Source of the DNA: an uncultured Acidobacteriota bacterium
GTDB taxonomy: Bacteria > Acidobacteriota > Vicinamibacteria > Vicinamibacterales > CAVVIG01
DNA length: 64,000 nt
Assembly (NCBI GenBank): GCA_963814975.1
Contig: CAWFFB010000010.1
Span: forward strand, 1-64,000
Direction: 5' to 3'
In this document: in pieces, positions 19,693-29,324 of the stretch
Numbering within the stretch: the first letter of the stretch is position 1
How the letters are laid out: every line of letters begins with the position of its first letter
The notes under the pieces: generated by a model
What the model was told of the DNA's origin: nothing
Database searches by the model: none
The model's input: only the letters and a program-made list of their open reading frames with translations
Translations under genes and position numbers: made by a program

Positions 19693-21690
19693 GTGTTCAA
19701 GCTGAGCAAACGTCGCGTCCTGGTCGCGACAGCCGCGATCGGCATCATCGTCGTCACCCTGACAGCATTGTGGATCCTGCCCCACGCCGGTCGTATCCAC
19801 AGGTTGCGGCAGGGGGTGGGCGACACCGTCTTCTACAGCGCCGACGGGCGGCCGTGGTTCAGCATGGACGAACGGCGCCAGGACGTGCCGCTCGCCGACA
19901 TCTCGCCCCACTTGCGGCGCGCCGTCATCGCCGTCGAAGACCGTCGGTTTTTTCTTCATCCCGGGATCGATCTGTTCGCGATCGCGAGGGCCGCGGTGCA
20001 CAACGCGCGTCACCTCACGGCGGTCGAGGGCGCCAGCACGATCACTCAACAACTTGCGCGGACCTTGTTCCTGTCGAATCGACGCACGATCACGCGCAAG
20101 CTCCAGGAAGCCGGGCTGGCCCTGATGCTCGAGGCGGAGCTGTCCAAGAATCAGATTCTCGAGCTGTACCTGAATCGGGTGTACTTCGGCGCCGGTCTGT
20201 ACGGAGCGGAGAAGATATCGCAGGCCCTGTTCGGCAAACGTGCACGCGATCTGACACTAGCCGAAGCGGCGCTCGTCACGGCCCTGATCCGTGCGCCGTC
20301 TGCGCTGTCCCCGTGGTCGAATCCCGAGGGTGCGATGCGGCGCAGTCGCGTGGTGCTGGCGACGATGCGGGAGCAGGGAGTGATCGACGCGGCGGCGGAA
20401 CGCGCAGCCGTCCAGACGAAACTGCCGTTTCTGCCGCGGCCCGCCTCGAAGGTCGAGGCGGAAGGATACGCGCGCGACTTCCTCAGACAGCAATTCGAGG
20501 AGTCGTTCGGCGGCGACAATCGCCCCGACTGGCAGGTGCACACGACCTTCGTCCGCGCGCTGCAGACGGTGGCCGAGCGCGCCGTCAGCGCAGGGCTGCG
20601 GCAGACCGCTCGTCCCGGGTTGCAGGCGGCGCTGGTGGCGCTGAACCCGCAGACCGGCGACGTGCTCGCTCTGGTCGGCGGCCGCGATTTCAAGGCGTCG
20701 CCCTTCAATCGCGCCACCCAGGGCCGCCGGCAGGCTGGCTCCGCGTTCAAGCCGTTCGTCTACGCCGCGGCGCTGGAGCATGGATGGTCGCCCGTCTCCG
20801 TGCTCTCGGGGTTGACTCACCTGCGCGTCGAAGGCCCCGACGAATGGGTGCCACAGAACGCATACGACGAGCGTCCCGATCGACTGACCTTGCGGGAAGC
20901 GCTGTTCGAGTCGAACAACCGCGCGGCGGTGGCGCTCCAGCAGCAAATTGGCAGCCGCCTGATTCTCGATCAGGCAGCGACCGCGGGGCTGCGCGATCTT
21001 CCCGACGTGCCGTCGCTTGCGCTGGGGGTGGGCGTGGTGTCGCCGCTCGAGCTGACCGCCGCGTATGCGGTGTTCCCGAATGGGGGCTTTCGGGTGGTGC
21101 CGCGGGCGGTCGTCCGCGTTGTCGACGATTCCGGAGCGATCCTGGACGCTCCCGCGGTTGACCGGACGCGGGTGTTGTCCGCGGCATCCGCCTTTCAGAT
21201 GGTCATGATGCTGCAGGACGTCCTCGACCGCGGTACGGCCACCGCGGCGCGGGCCCGCGGCATCCGCTTTCCAGCGGGCGGGAAAACCGGCACGACCGAC
21301 GACTTCAAGGACGCGTGGTTTGTCGGGTTCTCTTCGTCCATGGTGACCGGCGTGTGGGTCGGTTTCGATCACCCGGCGCCGATCGGCCCCGACGGCTACG
21401 GGGCCCGATACGCATTGCCAATCTGGAGCGACTTCATGCGCGACGCCGCCCGGGCGTGGGCGCCGGGGTCATTTGCCGTACCCGAGGACATCCGGGAATC
21501 GCGCCTCTGTCAGGTATCGCATCTGATCGCCACCGAGGGCTGCCCGGCGTACTCGGAGTATTTCAAGGAGAGCGACGACGCGCCGGCCGGGCCGTGCCTG
21601 ATCCATGGCGGGCCGCCGAGTGCGGCGCGCAAGGTGGAGCGATTTCTTGCCAACCTGGGCCGGCGTGTCGCCGGGCTGTTCAAACGGTGA
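19693..21690 (+). CDS. class A penicillin-binding protein (PBP1A-type transglycosylase/transpeptidase)
   Basis: 665-aa intact ORF. It has an N-terminal TM helix, the GT51 motifs (EDRRFFLHPGID, GASTITQQLAR, RKLQEAGLALMLEAELSKNQILELYLNRVYFG) and the transpeptidase motifs (SAFKPF, SSN-like SNN, KTGTT). Confidence 0.9.
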   Translation: MFKLSKRRVLVATAAIGIIVVTLTALWILPHAGRIHRLRQGVGDTVFYSADGRPWFSMDERRQDVPLADISPHLRRAVIAVEDRRFFLHPGIDLFAIARAAVHNARHLTAVEGASTITQQLARTLFLSNRRTITRKLQEAGLALMLEAELSKNQILELYLNRVYFGAGLYGAEKISQALFGKRARDLTLAEAALVTALIRAPSALSPWSNPEGAMRRSRVVLATMREQGVIDAAAERAAVQTKLPFLPRPASKVEAEGYARDFLRQQFEESFGGDNRPDWQVHTTFVRALQTVAERAVSAGLRQTARPGLQAALVALNPQTGDVLALVGGRDFKASPFNRATQGRRQAGSAFKPFVYAAALEHGWSPVSVLSGLTHLRVEGPDEWVPQNAYDERPDRLTLREALFESNNRAAVALQQQIGSRLILDQAATAGLRDLPDVPSLALGVGVVSPLELTAAYAVFPNGGFRVVPRAVVRVVDDSGAILDAPAVDRTRVLSAASAFQMVMMLQDVLDRGTATAARARGIRFPAGGKTGTTDDFKDAWFVGFSSSMVTGVWVGFDHPAPIGPDGYGARYALPIWSDFMRDAARAWAPGSFAVPEDIRESRLCQVSHLIATEGCPAYSEYFKESDDAPAGPCLIHGGPPSAARKVERFLANLGRRVAGLFKR

Positions 21691-21779
21691 TCACCCCGCA
21701 TCGGCGCCCAACGCCAGAGGTCGCGGGCGCCTGAGGAACCCGGCCCGGCGTTCCTCGAGGCGTCATTGGCTGTGGTACC

Positions 21780-22001
21780 ATGAGAAAGATGGCGAAGCCT
21801 TTCACCATTCATGCGAACTCGATTTCGACCGAGCCCCTGTCGATCGAGGAAACCGCCGAGAAATACGGCCTGCCCCCGAACGAGCTGCGGCGGGTGAAAT
21901 CGTTTGTCATCAAGCGCGAAATATCGTCGGCCCGGTTCAGCGGGAAATCTGGCGCCAGGAGCCGGGTCGTTTCTGGCCGGAAGAGCCGCGGGCACCGATA
22001 G
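21780..22001 (+). CDS. small hypothetical protein (73 aa)
   Basis: The ORF sits directly downstream of the PBP1A gene. Sequence MRKMAKPFTIHANSISTEPLSIEETAEKYGLPPNELRRVKSFVIKREI. There is no recognisable family and the coding call itself is uncertain. Confidence 0.2.
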   Translation: MRKMAKPFTIHANSISTEPLSIEETAEKYGLPPNELRRVKSFVIKREISSARFSGKSGARSRVVSGRKSRGHR

Positions 22002-22013
22002 TTCCGCTCACGC

Positions 22014-22640
22014 TTGCCGAAACGTCCCGTCGTTTCGCCGTCGGATGTGTTCATCAACCTTCCATTCGACCTGCAGCACGAGAGGTTGTTCCTGGCCTTG
22101 ATCGCGGGCCTGGTGGCCCTGGGACTGAACCCGCGATGCGTGCTCGAAGTGCCGCCCTCTACGGACAGACTACGCCGGCTCTACAGCCTCGTCCGGGCAT
22201 GTCCCTTCTCGATCCACGACTTGTCCCGGGTTCAGCTGTCGGCGGGGCCCTTTCGAGTGCCGCGATTCAACATGCCATTCGAACTCGGGCTGGCGGCGGC
22301 GATTGCGTTCGAAGAGGGTGTCACACATCAGTGGCGCGCACTCGAGTGTGTCCCTTTTCGACTGAATCAATCGCTCAGCGACATCGACGGCTACGATCAC
22401 TCCATACATTCTGGAACGGTCGAAGGCACTATGGATGCGCTGCTCGACATCTTTGTCAATGCGAAGAGCCGGCCCCTCAGCGAGCTCGACGATCTCATGT
22501 GGGTCTACCGCCGCGTCCGTGAATTCCGCGCGACTCTTCGATCAAGCGTCTACCGGGCGAACGCGTTCAGAAAGATTGTGGTCGCCGCCAGGCTGTTCGC
22601 AGAACATCGCGCGATTGAAGCGGCGGCTGATCTTGATTGA
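22014..22640 (+). CDS. hypothetical protein, possible nucleoside-2-deoxyribosyltransferase-like/TIR-like Rossmann fold
   Basis: 208-aa ORF with a TTG start. The N-terminal strand DVFINLPFD and the later NMPFELGLAAAIAFEEG resemble the beta-1 strand and the catalytic E-x-G-x-A motif of NDT-like/SLOG/TIR-like folds. This is a weak, motif-level resemblance only. Confidence 0.35.
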   Translation: MPKRPVVSPSDVFINLPFDLQHERLFLALIAGLVALGLNPRCVLEVPPSTDRLRRLYSLVRACPFSIHDLSRVQLSAGPFRVPRFNMPFELGLAAAIAFEEGVTHQWRALECVPFRLNQSLSDIDGYDHSIHSGTVEGTMDALLDIFVNAKSRPLSELDDLMWVYRRVREFRATLRSSVYRANAFRKIVVAARLFAEHRAIEAAADLD

Positions 22641-22974
22641 GCTGCGGCGGGATGCGGCGCAGATGCATCGCTGGCGGAGTCACTTGAGCCTGCTCACCGG
22701 CTCGGCAGCCACAGAACGACGGCGTTGGTGCCGACCACCAAGAGCACGCGCTCGGTAACCGAATCCGCAAGATTTCAAGACGCTCCCAACACGGCCGTGG
22801 TCCCGTTCGCGCCGAATTTCCTGCGGTGGGTCCTCGAAAAGCGCCCACCCGTGCTGCTTGCGTCCGATGACCTGCGGATGTATTTTGTGATGCCCGCCGC
22901 CGGGCGCCATGACCGCGCCTTTTTGAATGCCGCGCCAACAACGGCGCAGCCTGAGCGAGAGGAAAGTCGAGGCG

Positions 22975-23990
22975 AAAATGCGACGACTTGAACGACGCGC
23001 GTTGGCAGCCGCAGGCCTGGGTCTGTTTCTGACGCTGTCAGGCCGGCAGGCTGAACTCCAGGGCAGCAGCGCGGCGATGGCGCCGCCCGGGGACAGGGCG
23101 GTGGAGGCCGCGGCCGGATCGAGGTCTGGGCGCCGATGCCCGTCAAACCGAATCCCTTTGTCCCTCCGAACAAACCCCTCACGAAGCTGTCCGATCTGCT
23201 CACCAAGCACAAGAGCGAGCAGAACTGGACCGAAACCGTCGTCAGCGACAACCTGTTTCACGGCGACTACATCGCGATGGGCCTGGGCGGGAAGACGCCG
23301 AGGCGGTTCCATCAGGACAACCGTGCATTCTGGATCGTGCAGGACGGGCAAATCCGCTTCACGATCGAAGGCCAGGAGCCGTTTGTCGCCTCGAAGGGAT
23401 TCCTGGTACAGGTGCCGAAACGCCTCGTCTACAGCATGGAGACGGTGGGCGACAGACCGTCGCTGCGGTTCGAGGTGACGATGGCAAATTCGAGCATCAT
23501 GTATCCGGCCGATGAGACGCCAACGCCGGTGCCCGGTGTGCGGTTTGAGAGGACCAGAGTCGCGAACGCGAAAGGCGCGTACGACGAGGCAAACGTGCCG
23601 TTCATCGACTTCAACCTGACGATCGCCGGACACCCGAAACCGAAGAAGAATCAAAATCAATTTGTCGGCGACCCTCACGACGGCGGATACGTCAATGTGG
23701 GCATCTCCAACATCATCAGAGGCAACCCCGCCACGCAACCGCCGGCGCGCGAGGACGACCTGGGCCACTTTCACTTAACCGGCCCGGAGTTCTGGTTCAT
23801 GCTGGAGGGCCAGAATGAGTTCAAGATAGGGTCGATTCCCATCTTCGTTGCCAACCAGGGCGACATCGTTTACGCCCCGGCTCAGACGTGGCATCGTCCC
23901 CGCCACGTCGGCACTGGCATGGCGACCCGCCTGGCGATCGTCGGATATGCGAACTCGCACGTTTACGGGTTGACCGGCGGAGCCGAATAA
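22975..23990 (+). CDS. bicupin-domain protein, probable Tat-exported; signal peptide lies in a different frame from the mature part
   Basis: ORF 23136..23990 (284 aa) has two cupin-like halves (FWIVQDGQIRFTIEG... and FWFMLEGQNEFKIGSIPIFVANQGDIVYAPAQTWHRP). Upstream, in frame +1, MRRLERRALAAAGLGLFLTLSG is a twin-arginine signal; it runs out of frame at about 23090-23135. Confidence 0.6.
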
Positions 23991-24138
23991 GGGCTTGTCT
24001 GGAAAGCTGAAGCCCCAAAGGTTGAAGCGACGGGGTTCAGAGGCGGCCGGGGCCGTCGCCGAGTGGCATCAGACACTCATGAAGTACGCCGGGTAGCGGA
24101 AGAGCGGTCTGGCGCTCGGGCTTGGTATCATTCGCCGG

Positions 24139-24853
24139 ATGAACTGTCCGAGCTGCGCGAACGAGATGGCCGCGCAGGCGCTCGTCGGTCATGTTGGCCG
24201 GAACGTGGACATCGACGCGTGCACCGGGTGTCAGGCGTTCTGGTTCGATCGCAGCGAAAGCGTTCAGCTGTCTCCAGCCTCGACGCTCAAGCTGTTCACG
24301 CTGATCGGGGAGGCATTGTCAGAAAGACGAGGGACGGTCGCGGCCGTCCTGAAATGCCCACGATGCCGCTCGCGACTGCTCGACACACACGACATGCAGC
24401 GGAATACGCCGTTCCGCTACTGGCGATGCCCGCACGAGCACGGGCGGTTGATCACCTTCCTGGAGTTCCTGCGCGAGAAGGACTTCGTTCGTCCGCTGTC
24501 CGCCTCAGCAGCTTGACGAGCTGCGCCGCAACATCCAGACCGTGAACTGCTCCAACTGCGGTGCGCCGATCGATCTGGCCAGAGGTTCTTCGTGCGGCCA
24601 CTGCGGCTCGCCGCTATCGATGCTCGACCTGAAACAGGCCGAGGCCGTCGTGGCCCAGCTGCGGCAGGCATCGGAGCCGCGATCGGTGAATCCCTCTCTC
24701 CCGCTCGAGCTTGCACGAGCGCGGCGCGAGGTGGAGGAGGCATTCGCCGGCTCGGGAACCGCGGCTGAGTGGTGGAGCGATGCCTCCGCGTTCGGGCTCG
24801 TCGAGGTCGGGCTCACCGCCGTCGCGCGCCTGCTCAAAAAGGCTACGAGTTGA
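24139..24853 (+). CDS. double zinc-ribbon protein, one frameshift near 24500
   Basis: ORF 24139..24516 carries MNCPSCANEM...CTGCQAFWFD and CPRCRSRLLD...WRCPHEHG. Collinear ORF 24542..24853 carries VNCSNCGAPIDL...CGHCGSPLSMLD. That makes three to four CxxC...CxxC ribbons. Confidence 0.5.
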
Positions 24854-25700
24854 ACACATTGAGCAAGACGAGCAGCAGCAGGATCGCCATCACGAGCAGC
24901 GTGATCTTGATCCAGCTCCAGGGATGGTGACCCGCGATCTGCCCCGTCACGCCGTTGACGACAACCTGGTAAGACTTGGCGCGGAAGGTGTAGGTGAGAA
25001 GCCAGACGGGCACGAGGATGTGCTTGAACCGCTGATCCGCGAACGTCGCCTGCACGGCCAGGCTGCGATGCGTGTCGCCGGGGACCTGCGGCCGCGCACA
25101 GCCGCTCGAGCGCCGCCTCCATCTGCTGCCGGGAGCGGGCCGCGGCCCCCACCAGATCGATCTGATAGCGTTCGACCGTCCAGCCCGCCAGATAACCCGG
25201 GTCGTACGGGATGAGCGCGTCGGCGGTCGGAAACGGTTCCACGGCGCGCAAGAGGCCGGCATCGACGCCCAGCGACGCCGCCACGAGGTCATCGTCGAAG
25301 TCGTGCGATACCGCGCCTGACGCCGGGCGCCACCGCACGTGCCGCACCTGTTTGCCGCCTTCGCGCGTGTAGTAGTACTCGCCGGCCTCCGCCGTCCACG
25401 TGGCATCCGCGTGCGCATCGAATGTCCAGTACCGGCAGGTAGATCCCTTTGACCGTGTCGGTCAGCGCTTTCGACTTCAGCGCATTGGGCGCCAGCCACT
25501 GACGTCCGTACCAGCGCCGAATCAGCTCGCGCGCCTGCGATTCCGACACCTTGAACGGCAGCAGCGATTCGGGCCGGAATCGAGTCCTGCACCTGCTCGT
25601 AGGGCACGAGCTGGGCCGATCCGCAGAAGTCGCACCGCCGGCCGACCTTCGCGGCGTCGAACACCGAGATCGCCTGGCAGCTCTGGCACCGCGCCGAAGA
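24843..25700 (-). CDS. zinc-ribbon / C-terminal TM-anchored domain; probably the C-terminal part of the SPFH gene upstream, several frameshifts
   Basis: Reading 5' to 3' on the minus strand: CQSCQAISVFDAAKVGRRCDFCGSAQLVPYEQV (zinc ribbon), then SESQARELIRRWYGRQWLAPNALKSKALTDTVKGIYLP, then YWTFDAHADATWTAEAGEYYYTREGGKQVRHVRWRPASG...LIPYDPGYLAGWTVERYQIDL, then FKHILVPVWLLTYTFRAKSYQVVVNGVTGQIAGHHPWSWIKITLLVMAILLLLVLLNVF (TM helix). No clean stop separates this segment from the SPFH ORF. Confidence 0.4.
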   Translation of the reverse strand, partial: SSARCQSCQAISVFDAAKVGRRCDFCGSAQLVPYEQVQDSIPARIAAAVQGVGIAGARADSALVRTSVAGAQCAEVESADRHGQRDLPAGTGHSMRTRMPRGRRRPASTTTRAKAANRCGTCGGARRQARYRTTSTMTSWRRRWASMPASCAPWNRFRPPTRSSRTTRVIWRAGRSNAIRSIWWGPRPAPGSRWRRRSSGCARPQVPGDTHRSLAVQATFADQRFKHILVPVWLLTYTFRAKSYQVVVNGVTGQIAGHHPWSWIKITLLVMAILLLLVLLNVFNS

Positions 25701-26994
25701 TTTTCTCGGCCAGCCATCCGCGCGCCTCCGCGGGAAGCGACCGCAGCGCCGCTGCCAGATCGTGTTCGACGATGACGGTTTCGGCGCCCCGAGTCTGCAG
25801 CACCGCCGGGGACTCGGTGCCGCAGAACGGGCAGACGAGCGCCTGCTTCGCGGGGTTCCAGTGGGCTTCGGCGCCGCAGGCCGGACAGTGAAACTTCTCG
25901 CGCGCGAGGGTGACGGTGTCGGGAGCGGTGGGCGGCTCGGTGCTCACTGCAGGAACTGGGCGAGCTGCGCGCGCGTCAGCCGCCACTGCGAGCCGATCTT
26001 CTTGCCTTTCAGATCGCCCGGCCTCGAGGCTGGCGATCACGTCGGCTTCGGTGACGCCGAGCACCTTGGCGGCGTCGGCCGGGCTCAACGTCTCGGGCAC
26101 GCCGCCCGGAGCGGCGGCTGCGGGCGGCGTGGCCTGCGCGGCAATGCCGCCCGGCTGGTTCAGCATCTGCTGCGCCATGGCCAGGCCGATCGCCATTTCC
26201 GCGCCGACGCCGGCCGCGCCCGCGCCGCCCTTCTCGAACCCCTGCGCCATCTGATACTTCACGAAGTCGTTCAGGTTGCCCACCGCCGCCATCCCTGACC
26301 GCTTGTCGATCGCCTGCTCGACCTCAGGCGGCACCGACACGTTCTCGAGAACGAAGCTGGCCATCTCGAGGCCGTACTTCACGCTCAGCACCGGATTGAT
26401 GAGCGGCAGCAGCGCATCGCCGAGCTCGCTGTAGCGGCTTGCGATGTCGAGCGCCGGCACCTTGCTCGTGGCCAGCGCGTCGCTGAAGACGCTGACGATC
26501 CGCGATCGCATGACGTCGGTGAATTCGTCCAGCCGGAAATGATCGTCGGTGCCGGCCACCTCTTTCAGGAATCGCGGGACGTCGGTCACGCGGAAGTCGT
26601 AGGTCCCGAATGCCCGCAGGCGCACGATGCCGAAGTCCTGATCGCGCATCATCACCGGGTTGGACGTGCCCCACTTGTTGCCGGTGAACAGGCGGGTCGT
26701 CACGAAATATACGTCGGCCTTGAACGGCGACTCGAAGCCGTACTTCCAGCCCTTCAGGGTCGTCAGGATCGGGATGTTGTCGGTCGTGAGCGTGTGCTTG
26801 CCCGGGCCGAAGCGGTCGCCGTACTGGCCGAGGTAGACGAACTGCGCGGCCTGCGACTCGCGGACGATGAGCTGAGCGCCGCGCTTGATTTCCTTGTCAT
26901 CGTCTGGGAACCGGTACGAGAGCGTGTCGCGCGAGTCATCGGTCCACTCGATGATCTCGATAAGCTCGCCCTTGATGAAATCCATCAATCCCAT
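25700..26994 (-). CDS. SPFH (band-7/stomatin/prohibitin-like) domain protein with C-terminal zinc ribbon
   Basis: ORF 25522..26994 begins MGLMDFIKGELIEIIEWTDDSRDTLSYRFPDDDKEIKRGAQLIVRESQAAQFVY, the characteristic N-terminus of the SPFH-zinc-ribbon family. An SPFH core and an Ala/Gly/Pro-rich linker follow. The first ribbon is FHCPACGAEAHWNPAKQALVCPFCGTES. Confidence 0.7.
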
Positions 26995-27263
26995 GTGAAT
27001 GCCTCGATCTTACAGCCCGACGTGGTGCCGCCGAATCGACGGCGGGTGCGCCCGATATTCGGTCCTCACAACGGAGGGACCTATTCTCCCAGATTGCGAG
27101 GTTCGCGTTCGTGGCAAAGATCGCAGGTACTTCATTTCCAAAGCCGGAAGCGGTGTGTTCGTGGGGTACGACGAGCTTCAAGGCAATACGCTCGGGCTCC
27201 GAAATGCGAACCGCCAGCTCGTCGTCAACAGGCCCTGCCTGCTGTCGCGATACCCTCGATGGA

Positions 27264-27962
27264 TCAGCGCTCGTATACGAGATAGGGGTCGAGCGGCCGT
27301 CCTTCCCACCAGCGGCGGGCGTCGGTGAGCGCAAAGACGGCAAAATGCAGGTGGGGGGTGTTGGGCGGCGCGTTTCCGGTTGTGCCCACGTATCCGATCA
27401 CGTCGCCCGCCGATACCGTTTGTCCCTCGCGAAGGCCGTCTGCGTAGCGATCGAGGTGCGCGTAGTAGTAACAGAACCGCTCGCTCGGATCGAACTGATA
27501 GATGGTCGTGCCGCCCGCCTTGCTGAAAAACAACTTGGCGATCCGTCCGCCTTCGACTGCGTGCACCGGCGTATGCCGCGGCGCGAGAATGTCCACGGCC
27601 TCGTGGCCACGGCGGCCCCCGCCGCGTCTCTCTCCGAAACCGCCTTCCATCCCTTCAACGTCGGCGCCCTCGACGGGCAGTCGCAGGCGGTGCCGCCGCA
27701 GCTCGGCGATTGGATCCCGGCCGATGAGCGCGGCTCCCGGCAGGTCGCCGGTGCCCCCGGGCCGCGCCGCGATCTTACCCGCGGTGGCCGCCGGGATCTC
27801 GTGCGGCCCCTGGAGCTCCACGGTGGCGGGCAAGGCTGGCCGCGGGCCTCCGCTGTTCGAGAACGTTGCGTGGAGCAACCACCCAGCCACCCCGCCGGCA
27901 TAAAAGCAGGCGATGAGCGCCGGGATCATCCGGCCGCGGCGAGGGGCGCGCTTACCCATCAT
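27264..27962 (-). CDS. M23-family (LytM-type) peptidase
   Basis: 232-aa intact ORF with an N-terminal TM helix. The HxxxD and HxH zinc motifs are present (HEAVDI...; TTGNAPPNTPHLHFAV). Confidence 0.8.
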   Translation of the reverse strand: MMGKRAPRRGRMIPALIACFYAGGVAGWLLHATFSNSGGPRPALPATVELQGPHEIPAATAGKIAARPGGTGDLPGAALIGRDPIAELRRHRLRLPVEGADVEGMEGGFGERRGGGRRGHEAVDILAPRHTPVHAVEGGRIAKLFFSKAGGTTIYQFDPSERFCYYYAHLDRYADGLREGQTVSAGDVIGYVGTTGNAPPNTPHLHFAVFALTDARRWWEGRPLDPYLVYER

Positions 27963-28955
27963 TCAAAAATAACGGGCGTGCCGACCTTGACCATCCCGGC
28001 GACACGCGCCGCATCCCAGTTCGTCAACCGAACACACCCGTGCGACTGAGTATGGCCGACATGACTCGGCTCCGGCGTTCCGTGTATGCCGTAGTGTTCA
28101 AGATTGATGTCGATCCACACAACACCGACAGGGTTATTTGGCCCGGCCTGGATCGCGGCCTTGGAGTGCTCGGGGTTGGCGTCCCAGAACAGCGCCGGGT
28201 TGTAGTTGAACGTCGGCCGCCAGCTGACCGCGGTGACCTTCCACTGTCCGAGCGGAAGAGGATCGTGCTCGCTGCCGCTGGTCACCGGAGCTGAAAAATT
28301 CGATGCCGCCGTCGGCGCGGACTGCACGCAGCGTTCCCTTGCGCGAAACTTCGATCGTCAGCCCTTCCACCGGCGCCGCACCTGCCGGCTTCGCGCCGGC
28401 GACGAAAGGGGTGACAGCGGGGACGGTGATCGACGTCCCTGCAGCGAACCGCTTGCCCGGGTTGAGACCGGTGAGAAGTGCCGGCGAAGCATGAAACCGT
28501 TCGCCGAGCGCCTCGGCGATCGTCTGATACGAAAGCGCGGGCAGTTGGGCCTGCTCGATCAGATCGCGCGGCAGCGGGCTCACAAATGGCCCCTTCACGT
28601 CGGCCTCCGTGATCTTATAGTCTGTCGTCACCGGCGCGCTTTCGGCGCTGAGCGCTTTCCAGGTCTGGCAGTTGACTTTGCCGCTGTCGGGCAGCTTGTT
28701 GGCCTTCTGAAACGCCGCGAGCGCGCGCTGCAGGTTCGCGCCTGGACGGCCGTCGATTTCCCCCGGCGAGAATCCGCGACGATCCAGCAGGACTTGATAT
28801 CCAAGCGGGTCACCGCATGCAGGGACGTTGGTTCGCGGAGGTGGCTTCGGCACTGCCTCGAGCACGCCGGCAACCGCCAGCAAGAGCGCGCTGCCGAGCG
28901 AAATGTTGATGAGCTTCGGAATTTTCACGGACACCTCAGGAGCTGAGAGGTGCAC
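27959..28955 (-). CDS. L,D-transpeptidase (YkuD domain) with N-terminal peptidoglycan-binding domain, one frameshift near 28300
   Basis: ORF 28134..28955 carries the signal peptide and a PG_binding_1-like segment ([45 protein letters not shown]). ORF 27959..28327 carries the YkuD catalytic segment ([28 protein letters not shown]). Confidence 0.75.
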
Positions 28956-29033
28956 GCCTCGTGCCCACTAGGGCTACTGATACGGCTTTCGACCTGCCAG
29001 TGGTACATTACGGAGTACGCCTGAGGAGGCTTT

Positions 29034-29240
29034 GTGGCAAACCGAACCCGACCGACCCTGGAAAAGCGCGCCAAGGAGCGCGCACGCCAGGAAAAACGCA
29101 AGCAAAAGGAAGAACGCCGCGCGACCGCTAAAGTCCAACGCGCTGCCAACCCCAGGCAGGGAGACGGTGAGGATCCCGATATCGCCGGCATCACGCCTGG
29201 CCCGCAACCGAATCCCTGGGGAGACGAAGAGGAGATCTGA
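29034..29240 (+). CDS. small basic Lys/Arg/Glu-rich protein (68 aa), hypothetical
   Basis: MANRTRPTLEKRAKERARQEKRKQKEERRATAKVQRAANPRQGDGED... The composition is low in complexity and the coding call is uncertain. Confidence 0.25.
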   Translation: MANRTRPTLEKRAKERARQEKRKQKEERRATAKVQRAANPRQGDGEDPDIAGITPGPQPNPWGDEEEI

Positions 29241-29324
29241 CGCCCATCCGGCTCAACAACGCAGCCTGATCAGTAAGCCTGCCGGATCTGTCCCTGGAAT
29301 CGCGACGCTGACGCCCGCCGCTGG

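Noticed and set aside
19668-21372. 497-aa plus ORF and 371-aa minus ORF overlapping PBP1A
   Set aside because: They are alternative frames or antisense of the PBP1A gene, which has all its GT51/TPase motifs intact in its own frame.
22680-23774. 364-aa minus-strand ORF
   Set aside because: It is antisense to the bicupin gene and has no motifs.
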